Shown: positions 1 to 8,897 of the stretch, piece after piece
How positions within the stretch are numbered: the first letter of the stretch is position 1
Layout of the letters: every line of letters begins with the position of its first letter
Assembly (NCBI GenBank): GCA_965263195.1
Contig: OZ253664.1
Location: 3,253,045 to 3,317,044 of the forward strand
Direction: 5' to 3'
DNA: 64,000 bases
Source of the DNA: Vicinamibacterales bacterium
GTDB taxonomy: Bacteria; Acidobacteriota; Vicinamibacteria; Vicinamibacterales; UBA8438
Notes under the pieces: generated by a model
What the model was told of the DNA's origin: nothing
Database searches by the model: none
The model's input: the letters and a program-made list of their open reading frames with translations, nothing else
Position numbers and translations under genes: made by a program

Positions 1-204
1 CGGCCGCGGCCGCGAGGGTCACGATGTAGCGGCGGTTGGTGTTGTTCACGGACAGATGTCGAGGGGCGGAGCCGCCTGGAACGACGATTCCCCGCAGCGG
101 AGACGTGCGCCCACTGCCGCATCCGGCCGCGACCCTGCGGTCGGACCGGACACGGCCGGTTGGAAACGGTGAATGCTACGACAGGCGTGCGGTGCTGTCC
201 GGCG

Positions 205-1947
205 CTATCTTCCGGCTTCCGCGGCAGCCGCGTCCTGGGCGCGCGAGCCGCTCAGGATGTTCGTCATGCCGTAGTTGCCTTCGTGGCAGGCGTACTCGAC
301 CAGCTCGTACTGCTCGTCATCCTTCTCGAACCGGAACATCGCCGTCCACGGCCGGGTCCATACCTGCGGGTCGTCGATGGTGAACTGGTACTCGAGCATG
401 CCCGGGCCGATGCGGCGGTAGCGCTCGATCAACGTCAGGTCCCCGGTGGATCCCCGGTATGACGTCCGGCCGTTGAAGTTGGTGGTCTCGATGACCAGCG
501 TGTCGTCTTCCCAGCGGCCCTGCGGCACGCCGAGCCACAGCGCGAGCCCCGGGCCGGCGTCCGCACGCGGCGTGGTCGGAATGATGCGCGTCTCGTGGAT
601 CATTTCCTTCGTAATGGCGATGTAGCCGGGACCCTGCACGATCTGCAGGCCGTTGTTGTAGACCGACGGCATCATCATCGACGGCAGGCCGCGCGTGATG
701 CAGCGCACGTACGGGGTCAGGTCCTCCGGGCCCGCGGACGGGCCGCGCGTGTACGCCCGGCTCTCGGCCTGCGCCCTCGCCGCCAGCTCCTCGCCCTCGG
801 GCGTCAGCGGCGGGATGCGGCCGTCGGGCGGATCGATCACCATGGCGACCTGCGTGGAAACCGCGGCGTTGCCGTACCCCAGCGTCGTGTCGCGCCACTC
901 CCGATCGTAGCCCCAGATGCTGTTGAGCGTGCCGCCCTCGCGCCGGGCCACTGCCTCCTCGGCCGTCAGCTCTTGGGAGTCCACGTCCTCCGGGCGCTCC
1001 AGCGGGATGCTGTGGGACGAGTTGCTGGTCCAGACACCCTGCAGGTCCGGCTCGCCCCAGGAAGTCCGCGGCGCGTCGAACGGACCCTGGTCCATGGCGA
1101 CCACCGGCGTCAGGTCGACCTCGACACCGGCAAAGCCGGCCTCGACCACCTCGACGAGCACGTTGTCCGGTCCCGCGAGGAACGCCTGCTTTGCGGAGGT
1201 ACGTCCGTTCGCGGGCACCGTCGGCTCCTGATGGAAGCGGATGCCGCGCTGGCGGATGTCGGCGGCCGACGCGTCGAGGTCGTCCACCATGAAGCCGATA
1301 TGGTCGATGGCGCGTCCCTGGGTGGTGGCCGGCGTCGCGCCTTCCGGGTGCGCGGAAAACAGCAGCCAGACGTCGTCGAACAGCAGGCCGTCAAGCATGC
1401 CGCGCATCGAGTCCGGTTCGCCGCCCATCACGTCGCGGTACCAGGCGAGCGTTTCTTCCGGGTTGGTGGCGCTGAGGTGAATGTGGTGGAAGCCGAGGTA
1501 TTCCTGGTCTTCCACGAGCTCGATACGGGTGCCCCAGGGGTCGAAGATGAAGGCAATCTTGAACAGCCCGGGGATGTCGCGCACCATCGAGCCGTCTTCG
1601 AACCGCTGCAGCCTGACGCCCGAGCCGCGGACACCGACCGCTTCGAACTCGGCCATCTTGGCGGTCAGATCGGGAAACGAGAAGCCTATGTGGTTGATGC
1701 CGGTGCCCTGGCTGCCGCCGGTCGTCGCCTGCGGGACGAAGACGATCTCCACGCCGTCGCAGTTCGCGGCGTCGTCGCGGTCGGCCAGCGGCTCGCACTC
1801 CAGGTATTCGGAGTACCACTCGACACCCTTCGCCGGGCTCGACGCGGTGATATGCACATGGTGGTATTCGGCCGCGTGGGCCAGCGCGGGCGCCACGATG
1901 AGCGTCACTGCCGTCAGGAAAGCAAGTGCGATACGGTTCCAGGTCAT
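205..1947 (-). CDS. Secreted fusion protein: two VOC/glyoxalase-like domains plus C-terminal domain of an uncharacterised 'YEYACHEGNYG' family (paralog 1)
   Basis: ORF 205..1989. The ATG at 1947 has a GGAGG 9 nt upstream and opens a signal-like MTWNRIALAFLTAVTLIVAPALAHA. The N-terminal half has duplicated VOC-like segments (..INHIGFSFPD.., ..IDHIGFMVDD..). The C-terminal half aligns with the products of 3897..4886 and 8898..9845. Confidence 0.75.
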   Translation of the reverse strand: MTWNRIALAFLTAVTLIVAPALAHAAEYHHVHITASSPAKGVEWYSEYLECEPLADRDDAANCDGVEIVFVPQATTGGSQGTGINHIGFSFPDLTAKMAEFEAVGVRGSGVRLQRFEDGSMVRDIPGLFKIAFIFDPWGTRIELVEDQEYLGFHHIHLSATNPEETLAWYRDVMGGEPDSMRGMLDGLLFDDVWLLFSAHPEGATPATTQGRAIDHIGFMVDDLDASAADIRQRGIRFHQEPTVPANGRTSAKQAFLAGPDNVLVEVVEAGFAGVEVDLTPVVAMDQGPFDAPRTSWGEPDLQGVWTSNSSHSIPLERPEDVDSQELTAEEAVARREGGTLNSIWGYDREWRDTTLGYGNAAVSTQVAMVIDPPDGRIPPLTPEGEELAARAQAESRAYTRGPSAGPEDLTPYVRCITRGLPSMMMPSVYNNGLQIVQGPGYIAITKEMIHETRIIPTTPRADAGPGLALWLGVPQGRWEDDTLVIETTNFNGRTSYRGSTGDLTLIERYRRIGPGMLEYQFTIDDPQVWTRPWTAMFRFEKDDEQYELVEYACHEGNYGMTNILSGSRAQDAAAAEAGR

Positions 1948-2084
1948 GACGTGATACCTCCTCGGGGTGCGGGGTCTGCGCACGCGCACACGCCTCCGCG
2001 GGCTCGTAGCCCGAGGATATCAGAGACCGCCGCGATCGGCACGGGAAACCGATTACACTGAGCTGCGCAAGGGAGGACGCCACA

Positions 2085-3887
2085 ATGAATGGCTTCTGCG
2101 TGTGCGTATCGTCGGCGCTGCTGCTGCTCCTGGTCTCCGCCGCCGCAGCCGCGGCGGGGGAGAAAAACCGCATCTTCGTGGACCAGTGGAGTCCGACCCG
2201 CTCGGTGCTCTACATCGCCGACGCGGACGGCTCGGATCCGCGCAAGCTGCTGGCCGGCTCCGACCGCGACTACAACGGGTCGTTCTCCCACGACGGCGAG
2301 TGGGTGGTGTTCACGTCCGAGCGCTTCGGCTCGGCCGACATCTTCCGCGTGCGCACCGACGGGCTCGGCCTGGAGCGGCTGACCGACCATCCCGCCTTCG
2401 ACGATCAGGCGGCGTTGTCGCCCGACGGCAGCCGGTTGGCGTTCGTCTCCACGCGTGAGCGCGGCTCCACGGACATTCACATCCTCGACCTGGCCAGCGG
2501 CAAGGTGCGCAACCTTACCGACACGCCCGGCGGCGATTTCCGGCCGAGCTGGTCGCCCGACGGGCGGATGCTGGCCTTCTCCTCGGACCGCGGCGCCGGT
2601 TTCCCGAAGGCGAAGGGGCGTTGGGAGCATGTTCACGCGGCGGGCGTGTACGTCGTCGGCGCGGACGGCGGCGGGCTGCGCAGAATCTCGCAACAGGGCC
2701 GCCTGGGCGGCTCGCCCAAGTGGTCGGCGGACGGCCGCCGCATCCTGTTCTACGAGCTGGACGTAGGCGATACGTTCCGGGCGCGCTGGGTGCCGGAGCA
2801 GCCAGGGGTGCACTCCCGCATCGTGTCAGTCGATGTCGCCACCGGCTTGCGGACCGAGCATGCGGCCGGCCGCGGCCTGAAGCTCTCGCCGCAGTTCCTG
2901 GGATCCGGACGCGTGGGCTATCTCCAGAAATCGGGGCTCCACGCCGCGCTGATGTTCAGCTCCGGCGAGGCGGGCGCCGAAGGAGACATAGGGAACCCGT
3001 CCTGGTCGCCCGACGGGCGCCGGGTGGTGTATCAGCAAGGGCCGATTGCGACGACCGCGGCGCCGCGTGCGCCGGGCGAGGTGCTGGCGGGCAGCGACCC
3101 GCGCTATGAGCTGGTGTATGCGAGCGGCTTTCCGGCCGTATCACCCGATGGCCGGCGGCTCGTCGTGAGCGAGCGGACCGGCCGCGGGCGTCCGGACGAC
3201 CGGACCGGGCTGGCGGTCTGGAATACGGACGGGACGGACCCGCGCCGCATATTCCGCGCGGAAGGTTCCGTGCTCGCGCCGCAGTGGTCGTCCGACGGGG
3301 AGTGGATCGTGTTCGGCGTCGGCAACTACTTCCTGGCGCGGACGCGCCCGGCGCATCTGATGATGGTGCGCGCGGACGGGTCCGGCGGGCGGGTGCTCAC
3401 CACCGGAGAGGGCAACGCCGGTTTCCCGAGCTTCTCGCCCCAGGGCACCGAGGTGGTGTACCGCTTCTGGAGCGACAAGGCGGGCGGCCTGCGCGTCGTC
3501 ACGCTGGCGGACGGCGCGGTGCGCACGCTGACGACCGGCTACGACAACTTTCCCGTCTGGTCGCCGCGGGGCGACCGCATCGTCTTCAGCCGGCTGGCGG
3601 ACGATGACTTCGACATCTATACCATGCGGCCCGACGGCAGCGGTCTGACCCGGCTGACCACCTCGCCGGGCAACGACTCCCACCCGGCCTGGTCGGCCGA
3701 CGGCGCGCACATCCTGTTCAGCAGCTCGCGCTTCGGCTTCAAGGACGAGGCGCCGATGGCCGACATCCCGCAGCCGTACGGCGAGCTGTTCATCATGAAC
3801 GCCGACGGCTCGAAGCAACGGGCGCTGACCGACAACCGCTGGGAGGAAGGCACCCCCGCCTGGCAGCCGGCGGCGCCGGGCAACTAG
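2085..3887 (+). CDS. TolB-like periplasmic beta-propeller protein (PD40/WD40-like repeats)
   Basis: 600-aa ORF with an N-terminal signal peptide. It carries many repeats of the type SPDG..LAF.S.R.G..DI (for example SPDGSRLAFVSTRERGSTDIHILD, SPDGRMLAFSSDR, SADGAHILFSSSRFG). Confidence 0.85.
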   Translation: MNGFCVCVSSALLLLLVSAAAAAAGEKNRIFVDQWSPTRSVLYIADADGSDPRKLLAGSDRDYNGSFSHDGEWVVFTSERFGSADIFRVRTDGLGLERLTDHPAFDDQAALSPDGSRLAFVSTRERGSTDIHILDLASGKVRNLTDTPGGDFRPSWSPDGRMLAFSSDRGAGFPKAKGRWEHVHAAGVYVVGADGGGLRRISQQGRLGGSPKWSADGRRILFYELDVGDTFRARWVPEQPGVHSRIVSVDVATGLRTEHAAGRGLKLSPQFLGSGRVGYLQKSGLHAALMFSSGEAGAEGDIGNPSWSPDGRRVVYQQGPIATTAAPRAPGEVLAGSDPRYELVYASGFPAVSPDGRRLVVSERTGRGRPDDRTGLAVWNTDGTDPRRIFRAEGSVLAPQWSSDGEWIVFGVGNYFLARTRPAHLMMVRADGSGGRVLTTGEGNAGFPSFSPQGTEVVYRFWSDKAGGLRVVTLADGAVRTLTTGYDNFPVWSPRGDRIVFSRLADDDFDIYTMRPDGSGLTRLTTSPGNDSHPAWSADGAHILFSSSRFGFKDEAPMADIPQPYGELFIMNADGSKQRALTDNRWEEGTPAWQPAAPGN

Positions 3888-3896
3888 GCGCCCGGG

Positions 3897-4886
3897 TTAC
3901 CGCGCCGCCGCGTCCTCGGCGCGGCCCGCGCTGAGGCTGTTCACCAGGCCGTAGTTCCCTTCGTGGCAGGCGTACTCGAACATCTGGTACGCGACGTCCC
4001 GGTTCAGGGGCATGGCCACCTTCCACGGACTGGTAAACGAGCCGCTGTCCTCGATCGTCACCTCGTAGTCGATGGTGTCGGGACCGGAAAAGGTGAAGCG
4101 TTCCACCAAGCGCAGCGCCTCGCTCTGCGGGAGGCCCCGAATGGCGCGGGTGGCGATGTTCGTGCCGATCGTGCCCTTGTCGTTGTAGTTCGTCGTCTCG
4201 ACGACCAGCGTGTTGCCCTCCCAGCGGCCGCGCGGGTCGCCGTTCCACTGGCGGATCGTGTCCGAGACGTGCGGGCGGTCCCCCAGCGGGATGATGCGCG
4301 CCTCGTGGATCATCTCATAGTAGAGAACCACGTACCCGGGCGCCTGGAAGATCTGATACCCGGCGCCGTAGCCGGGCGGGAAGATGCCGCCCGGGACGCC
4401 GCGCGTGATGCAGCGCTCCCACGGCGTGTGGTTCTCCCAGGAATCGGTCAGGTGCACCAGGTTGTAGTCGCGCGTCGCCTCGGCTTCCGGGCGCGTCGGC
4501 ACCCGTCCGTTCGGCGGGTCGACGACCATCGAGCGCCGGCTCGCGTTGCGGAGCGCGGCGTGCGGGCCGTCCGCGAACCCGATCCGCTCCGTGATGTCAA
4601 CGTCCCTGGGCCGGGCGGCGGCACTGCGCAAGCGGTCCGGGTCGTTGGTTCCGGGGAACCAGTAGGCGAGCGCCTCGAGACGTTCCACATCCGCGTCGTC
4701 GGGCGCCTCGAATGGGGTGCCGTCGTAGTTGGTCCAGATGCCCTGGATGTCGGGCTGCCCGTCCGGCGTGCGGGGCGGCGTCCATTCGCCGGGTGCACCC
4801 GAACGCTCCTGAGCGGCCGCGGCCGCCCCAAATCCAGCGATGGCCAGTCCTGCCACGAACGCCGCGAGGTGTCGCTTGCCCATCAT
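3897..4886 (-). CDS. Secreted protein of the uncharacterised 'YEYACHEGNYG' family (paralog 2)
   Basis: Internal ATGATG at 4886 with GGAGGA just upstream. Signal peptide MMGKRHLAAFVAGLAIAGFGAAAAAQ. Shared blocks PDIQGIWTN, ERCITRG, EMIHEARIIPL, GRWEGNTLVVETTN, FEYACHEGNYG. The 193 codons upstream in the tracked ORF are Arg/Gly-rich shadow. Confidence 0.8.
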   Translation of the reverse strand: MMGKRHLAAFVAGLAIAGFGAAAAAQERSGAPGEWTPPRTPDGQPDIQGIWTNYDGTPFEAPDDADVERLEALAYWFPGTNDPDRLRSAAARPRDVDITERIGFADGPHAALRNASRRSMVVDPPNGRVPTRPEAEATRDYNLVHLTDSWENHTPWERCITRGVPGGIFPPGYGAGYQIFQAPGYVVLYYEMIHEARIIPLGDRPHVSDTIRQWNGDPRGRWEGNTLVVETTNYNDKGTIGTNIATRAIRGLPQSEALRLVERFTFSGPDTIDYEVTIEDSGSFTSPWKVAMPLNRDVAYQMFEYACHEGNYGLVNSLSAGRAEDAAAR

Positions 4887-4955
4887 GTCCTCCCTGCTCG
4901 TCAGCCGCCCAGTTCCGATGAAAGATGATCGCCTACAATCGCCGCCTGTGCAACC

Positions 4956-5624
4956 ATGAAACCCAATTTCATTCCGCTGCGGTACGAGAAACCGTTGCGC
5001 GCGGACGTCGCGGAGCGGGCGCGCCGCTTCTACGAGGGCATGAACCGGCGCCGCACGGTGCGGGACTTCAGTCCCGAGCCGGTGCCGGCAGGCGTGATGG
5101 AGGATCTCGTGCGCGCCGCATCCACGGCCCCCTCGGGTGCGCACCGGCAGCCGTGGACGTTCGTCGCGGTCTCGGATCCGGAGATCAAGCGCAGCATACG
5201 CATCGCCGCCGAGCGCGAGGAACGGGAGAACTACGGCGGCCGAATGCCCGACGACTGGCTCCGCGCGCTCGAGCCGCTGGGCACCGACGAGCACAAGCCG
5301 TTCCTCGAGATCGCTCCGTGGCTGGTGGTGCTCTTCCGCCAGAACTACGGCGTCGGACAGGGGGGCGAGCACGTCCGCCACTACTACGTGTCCGAGTCCG
5401 TCGGCATCGCGGCCGGCCTGTTCCTGACCGCCGTGCACCAGGCGGGGCTGGTGGCGCTGACGCACACGCCGAGCCCGATGGGGTTCCTCCGCGAGATCCT
5501 CGAGCGGCCCGCCAACGAGACGGCCTGCCTCCTGATGCCGGTGGGTTATCCCGCCGCCGGCGCGCAGGTGCCCGACCTGCGCCGGAAACCGCTCGACGAC
5601 GTCCTGGTCCTGCGGCAGCCGTAA
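4956..5624 (+). CDS. Nitroreductase-superfamily flavoprotein, iodotyrosine deiodinase (IYD)-like
   Basis: The 222-aa product carries RRRTVRDF, APSGAHRQPWTFV, EREERENY, HKPFLEIAPWLVVLF and a C-terminal VPDLRRKPLDDV. These match my memory of the animal/bacterial IYD sequence pattern. Confidence 0.8.
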   Translation: MKPNFIPLRYEKPLRADVAERARRFYEGMNRRRTVRDFSPEPVPAGVMEDLVRAASTAPSGAHRQPWTFVAVSDPEIKRSIRIAAEREERENYGGRMPDDWLRALEPLGTDEHKPFLEIAPWLVVLFRQNYGVGQGGEHVRHYYVSESVGIAAGLFLTAVHQAGLVALTHTPSPMGFLREILERPANETACLLMPVGYPAAGAQVPDLRRKPLDDVLVLRQP

Positions 5625-5664
5625 CGGCCGTGCGGCCGCCAGGCGGCCCGCGGATCGATCCCGG

Positions 5665-6282
5665 TCATTCGCCGACGGTGAAGGGGACGGATGCGACGAC
5701 CCTATCCCAGTGCAGCGCCAGCCGCCCGCCGCCGCCGCTCATGTCGACGAACTGCCAGGAGAGCTGGTCGTACGCGTGGGGCGCCGTCTCGCGCCGCATC
5801 GGTACCCGCACGACGTCCTTGTCGGGCGTGTAGTAGTACGCGCCGAAGAGCGCCGCCTTGTTCTCGTAGTCGTATTCCTGCTGCGCCGGCCAGGTGGAGA
5901 CGACGAACGTCCAGGGATCGGTCGCCAGGTCGATGAAGACCGTGTACTCGCCGGCCGGAATGACCTGCGTGCCGAAGACGAGCGGCAGCTCGGCCAGCAG
6001 CTGGGTCGACTGGTTGGCGCCCGCGCGCCAGACCGGCGCGCCGTCGTTGAGGAACTCCCGGTAGTCGGCCGGGCCGAACAGGTTGCGGCCGCGCTTGATC
6101 GGCCGGCCGTAGCGGATCTCGATCCACCGGCCGCCGACGTACCCCGCGCGCTCGTCATACGTCCCGCCGACCTGCGTGGCGGAGCGGCCCGCCGGGCTGG
6201 CGATGCGCTGCTCCTGTGCTAGCGTGCCGCCACCGATGACACAGACAAGCAGGGCGATCGCTGCGGCGGACGATATCTTCAT
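5665..6282 (-). CDS. DUF2911-like secreted protein
   Basis: ATG at 6282 (MKISSAAAIALLV..) with GGAGG 5 nt upstream. IRYGRPIKRGRNLFG...PVWRAGANQSTQL matches the DUF2911 signature as I recall it. Confidence 0.65.
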   Translation of the reverse strand: MKISSAAAIALLVCVIGGGTLAQEQRIASPAGRSATQVGGTYDERAGYVGGRWIEIRYGRPIKRGRNLFGPADYREFLNDGAPVWRAGANQSTQLLAELPLVFGTQVIPAGEYTVFIDLATDPWTFVVSTWPAQQEYDYENKAALFGAYYYTPDKDVVRVPMRRETAPHAYDQLSWQFVDMSGGGGRLALHWDRVVASVPFTVGE

Positions 6283-6324
6283 GCGGCCTCCACGCACCGA
6301 ATTCTACGGGAGTAAGATAGCGCC

Positions 6325-7512
6325 GTGATGCCCAACAAACCATCGGCGCGAATCGCGGTCGGTCTGTTCATGGTTCTGGTCGGTAGCGCGCTCCTTTGGG
6401 CGCTGCCGGCGGCCCAGGGCGGCGCGGCGCCCAGCTACCGGGTCGACCCGTTCTGGCCCCAGCCGATGCCGGTCGTCACCGGCGCGGACGGGCTGGAGCG
6501 CCAGTGGGTGACCGGCATGGTGGGGGCGAGCTGCGTCGACTCGCGCGACCGGGTCGTCACCGTCAACCGCGGCTTCCTGCCCAACGGCCTCCTCAGCCAG
6601 GAGGGCGATCAGTCGGTTCCGTCGCCGCCCGTGGTCATCTACGACCGCGAGGGGAACGTGGCCGACAGCTGGGGCGACCCCACGCTGACGGACGCCGGCG
6701 CGGCCGCGGTGCTGCCGCACGGCATCCACGGCTGCTTCGTCGACCACATGGACAACATCTGGATCGCCGGGAATTCCGACGGCGTGGTCCAGAAGTGGAC
6801 GAACGACGGCTCGCGGATGCTGCTGCAGATCGGCGCCAAGGGGCTCTGCGACGGTCCGCCCACGCTACGTCCCAACGCGCCCTATCCCACCTGCGGCGAG
6901 CCGGGCAACAACGCCAGCCGCACATTGCTGAACGCCCCGGCCGACATCGCGGTGGACCCCGAGCCCGATCCCGTGACCGGCCAGCGCGGGTCGGTCTACG
7001 TGGCGGACGGCTACGGCAACCACCGCATGGTGGTCTTCGACGCCGAGGGCAACTACCTGCGGCAGTGGGGCTCGGCCGGCAGCGGCCCGGGCGAGTTCGT
7101 GGAGACCGGCGGCGGGCACCCGCACTGCGTGGTGCTCGGCAACGACGGACTGGTCTACGCCTGCGACCGCGGCCAGAACCGCGTGCAGGTGTTCGACCGC
7201 GAAGGCAACCACGTGCGGACCATTCCCATCGACCCGCCGGCGTACGGCGAGGCGACGCTGCGGGCCACCGACATCGAGCTGTCGCGCGACCCCGAGCAGC
7301 GGCACATGTTCGTCGTCGACCTCGGCAGCAACCGCATCTGGATCCTGGAGCGCGAGAGCGGCGACATCGTGGGCAGCTTCGGCCGCTCCGGCCACATGGC
7401 CGGCGAATTCACCTTCGTCCACACGATAGTCGCCGACTCGCACGGCGACCTGTATCTGGCCGAGACGGCCGGCGGCCGGCGCAACCAGAAGTTCACGAAG
7501 ATCGGGAACTGA
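6325..7512 (+). CDS. NHL-repeat six-bladed beta-propeller protein, secreted
   Basis: Signal peptide. Repeated NHL-like units (SVYVADGYGNHRMVVFDAEGNYLRQWG, LVYACDRGQNRVQVFDREGNHVRTI, MFVVDLGSNRIWILE, DLYLAETAGGRRNQKF). Confidence 0.75.
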   Translation: MMPNKPSARIAVGLFMVLVGSALLWALPAAQGGAAPSYRVDPFWPQPMPVVTGADGLERQWVTGMVGASCVDSRDRVVTVNRGFLPNGLLSQEGDQSVPSPPVVIYDREGNVADSWGDPTLTDAGAAAVLPHGIHGCFVDHMDNIWIAGNSDGVVQKWTNDGSRMLLQIGAKGLCDGPPTLRPNAPYPTCGEPGNNASRTLLNAPADIAVDPEPDPVTGQRGSVYVADGYGNHRMVVFDAEGNYLRQWGSAGSGPGEFVETGGGHPHCVVLGNDGLVYACDRGQNRVQVFDREGNHVRTIPIDPPAYGEATLRATDIELSRDPEQRHMFVVDLGSNRIWILERESGDIVGSFGRSGHMAGEFTFVHTIVADSHGDLYLAETAGGRRNQKFTKIGN

Positions 7513-7515
7513 CGG

Positions 7516-8781
7516 GTGGCGGACATGCTGGGCCGCATGATGCGGTCGGTGGTCGCCAACGTCATGCTGGCGTCGGAACGCTGGCGCAACGGCGTCGTGT
7601 ACAACCCGTTCTCGGCCGCCATGGCCCGCAATCCGTACCCCATCTACGCCGAGCTGCGCGCCAGGGCGCCCGTGCACCGCAACCGCCTGCTGGACGCCTG
7701 GGTGCTCAGCCGCCACGCCGACGTGGATGCCGTGCTGCGGGACTTCCGGCGCTTCTCCAACGATCAGCGCAAGCGCGACCCCGTGCGCCGCCGCCGGAGC
7801 ACGCTGCCGCAGATTCCCTACCCGACCATCCTGTTCCTGGATCCGCCGGACCACACGCGGCTGCGTGCGCTCGTCAACAAGGCGTTCACGCCCAAGGCGG
7901 TCGCCGACCTGGAGCCGCGCATCCGCAGAATGACGCGTACGCTGCTCGACGCCGCGGCGGACCCCAACGGATTCGACCTGATGGAGACGCTGGCCAACCC
8001 GCTGCCGGTGATGGTGATCGCCGACATGCTGGGCGTGCCGGTGGAAGACCGCGCGCAGTTCCGGGAATGGTCCAACCGGCGCGCACGCATCCTCGAGCCG
8101 ACGGTGAGCCGCAGGGAATTCAGGATTGCCGAGGAGGCCAGCAAGTCGCTCGACACGTACTTCCTCTCGATCATCAAGGCCCGGCGCATCGTGCCGCGCG
8201 ACGACATCATCAGCGCGCTCATCCAGGTGGAGGAAGCAGGCGACAGGCTGACCGAGGGCGAAATGCTGGGCCTGCTGCGCCTGCTGCTGGTGGCCGGCAA
8301 CGAGACCACCACCAACCTGATCGGCAACGGCATGCTCGCGCTGCTGCGGCATCCGGAGCAGCTCGGCGCCCTGCGCGAGGACCCCGGCCGGATTCCGGCG
8401 GCGGTGGAGGAACTGCTGCGCTTCGACTCGCCCGTGCAGGCGTCGCTGCGGCTGGTGCTGGAAGACTGCGAGGTGAACGGCATTCCGCTGCGGCGCGACG
8501 ACAACGTCCTGCTGCTGAACGGCGCCGCCAACCACGACCCGGCGGTGTTCGACCATCCGGAGCGGCTCGACATCGGGCGCCGTGAGAACAACCACGTGGC
8601 GTTCGGCCGCGGCATCCACTTCTGCCTCGGCGCGCCGCTCGCGCGCCTGGAAGGTCGCATCGCCATCGAGGTGCTGCTGGAGCGCTACCCGTCGCTGCGC
8701 CTTATGTCCGACCGCCCCGCGTTTCGCAACAGCATCGTGCTGCGCGGGCTTAAGGCCCTGCCGGTCCGCGCAGCAGCGTAG
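7516..8781 (+). CDS. Cytochrome P450
   Basis: Heme-ligand loop FGRGIHFCLGAPLARLE, I-helix LLLVAGNETTTN, and an EELLRF (ExxR) motif. GTG start 4 nt after the NHL gene stop. Confidence 0.9.
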   Translation: MADMLGRMMRSVVANVMLASERWRNGVVYNPFSAAMARNPYPIYAELRARAPVHRNRLLDAWVLSRHADVDAVLRDFRRFSNDQRKRDPVRRRRSTLPQIPYPTILFLDPPDHTRLRALVNKAFTPKAVADLEPRIRRMTRTLLDAAADPNGFDLMETLANPLPVMVIADMLGVPVEDRAQFREWSNRRARILEPTVSRREFRIAEEASKSLDTYFLSIIKARRIVPRDDIISALIQVEEAGDRLTEGEMLGLLRLLLVAGNETTTNLIGNGMLALLRHPEQLGALREDPGRIPAAVEELLRFDSPVQASLRLVLEDCEVNGIPLRRDDNVLLLNGAANHDPAVFDHPERLDIGRRENNHVAFGRGIHFCLGAPLARLEGRIAIEVLLERYPSLRLMSDRPAFRNSIVLRGLKALPVRAAA

Positions 8782-8897
8782 CAACTGCGGAACACCGCCG
8801 CGATACCGTCGGCGACCGAACGGGAATCCTTGCGTGCGATCCAGTCCTGATCCATCATCCGTCTGTACGCCCGTGCGGGAACCGCGAGGAGGGGAAG

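Noticed and set aside
3897-5465. Using the full 522-aa ORF for paralog 2 (start at 5465)
   Set aside because: The first 193 codons overlap the nitroreductase gene on the other strand and look like shadow. An ATGATG with a GGAGGA and a signal peptide at 4886 matches the other paralogs.
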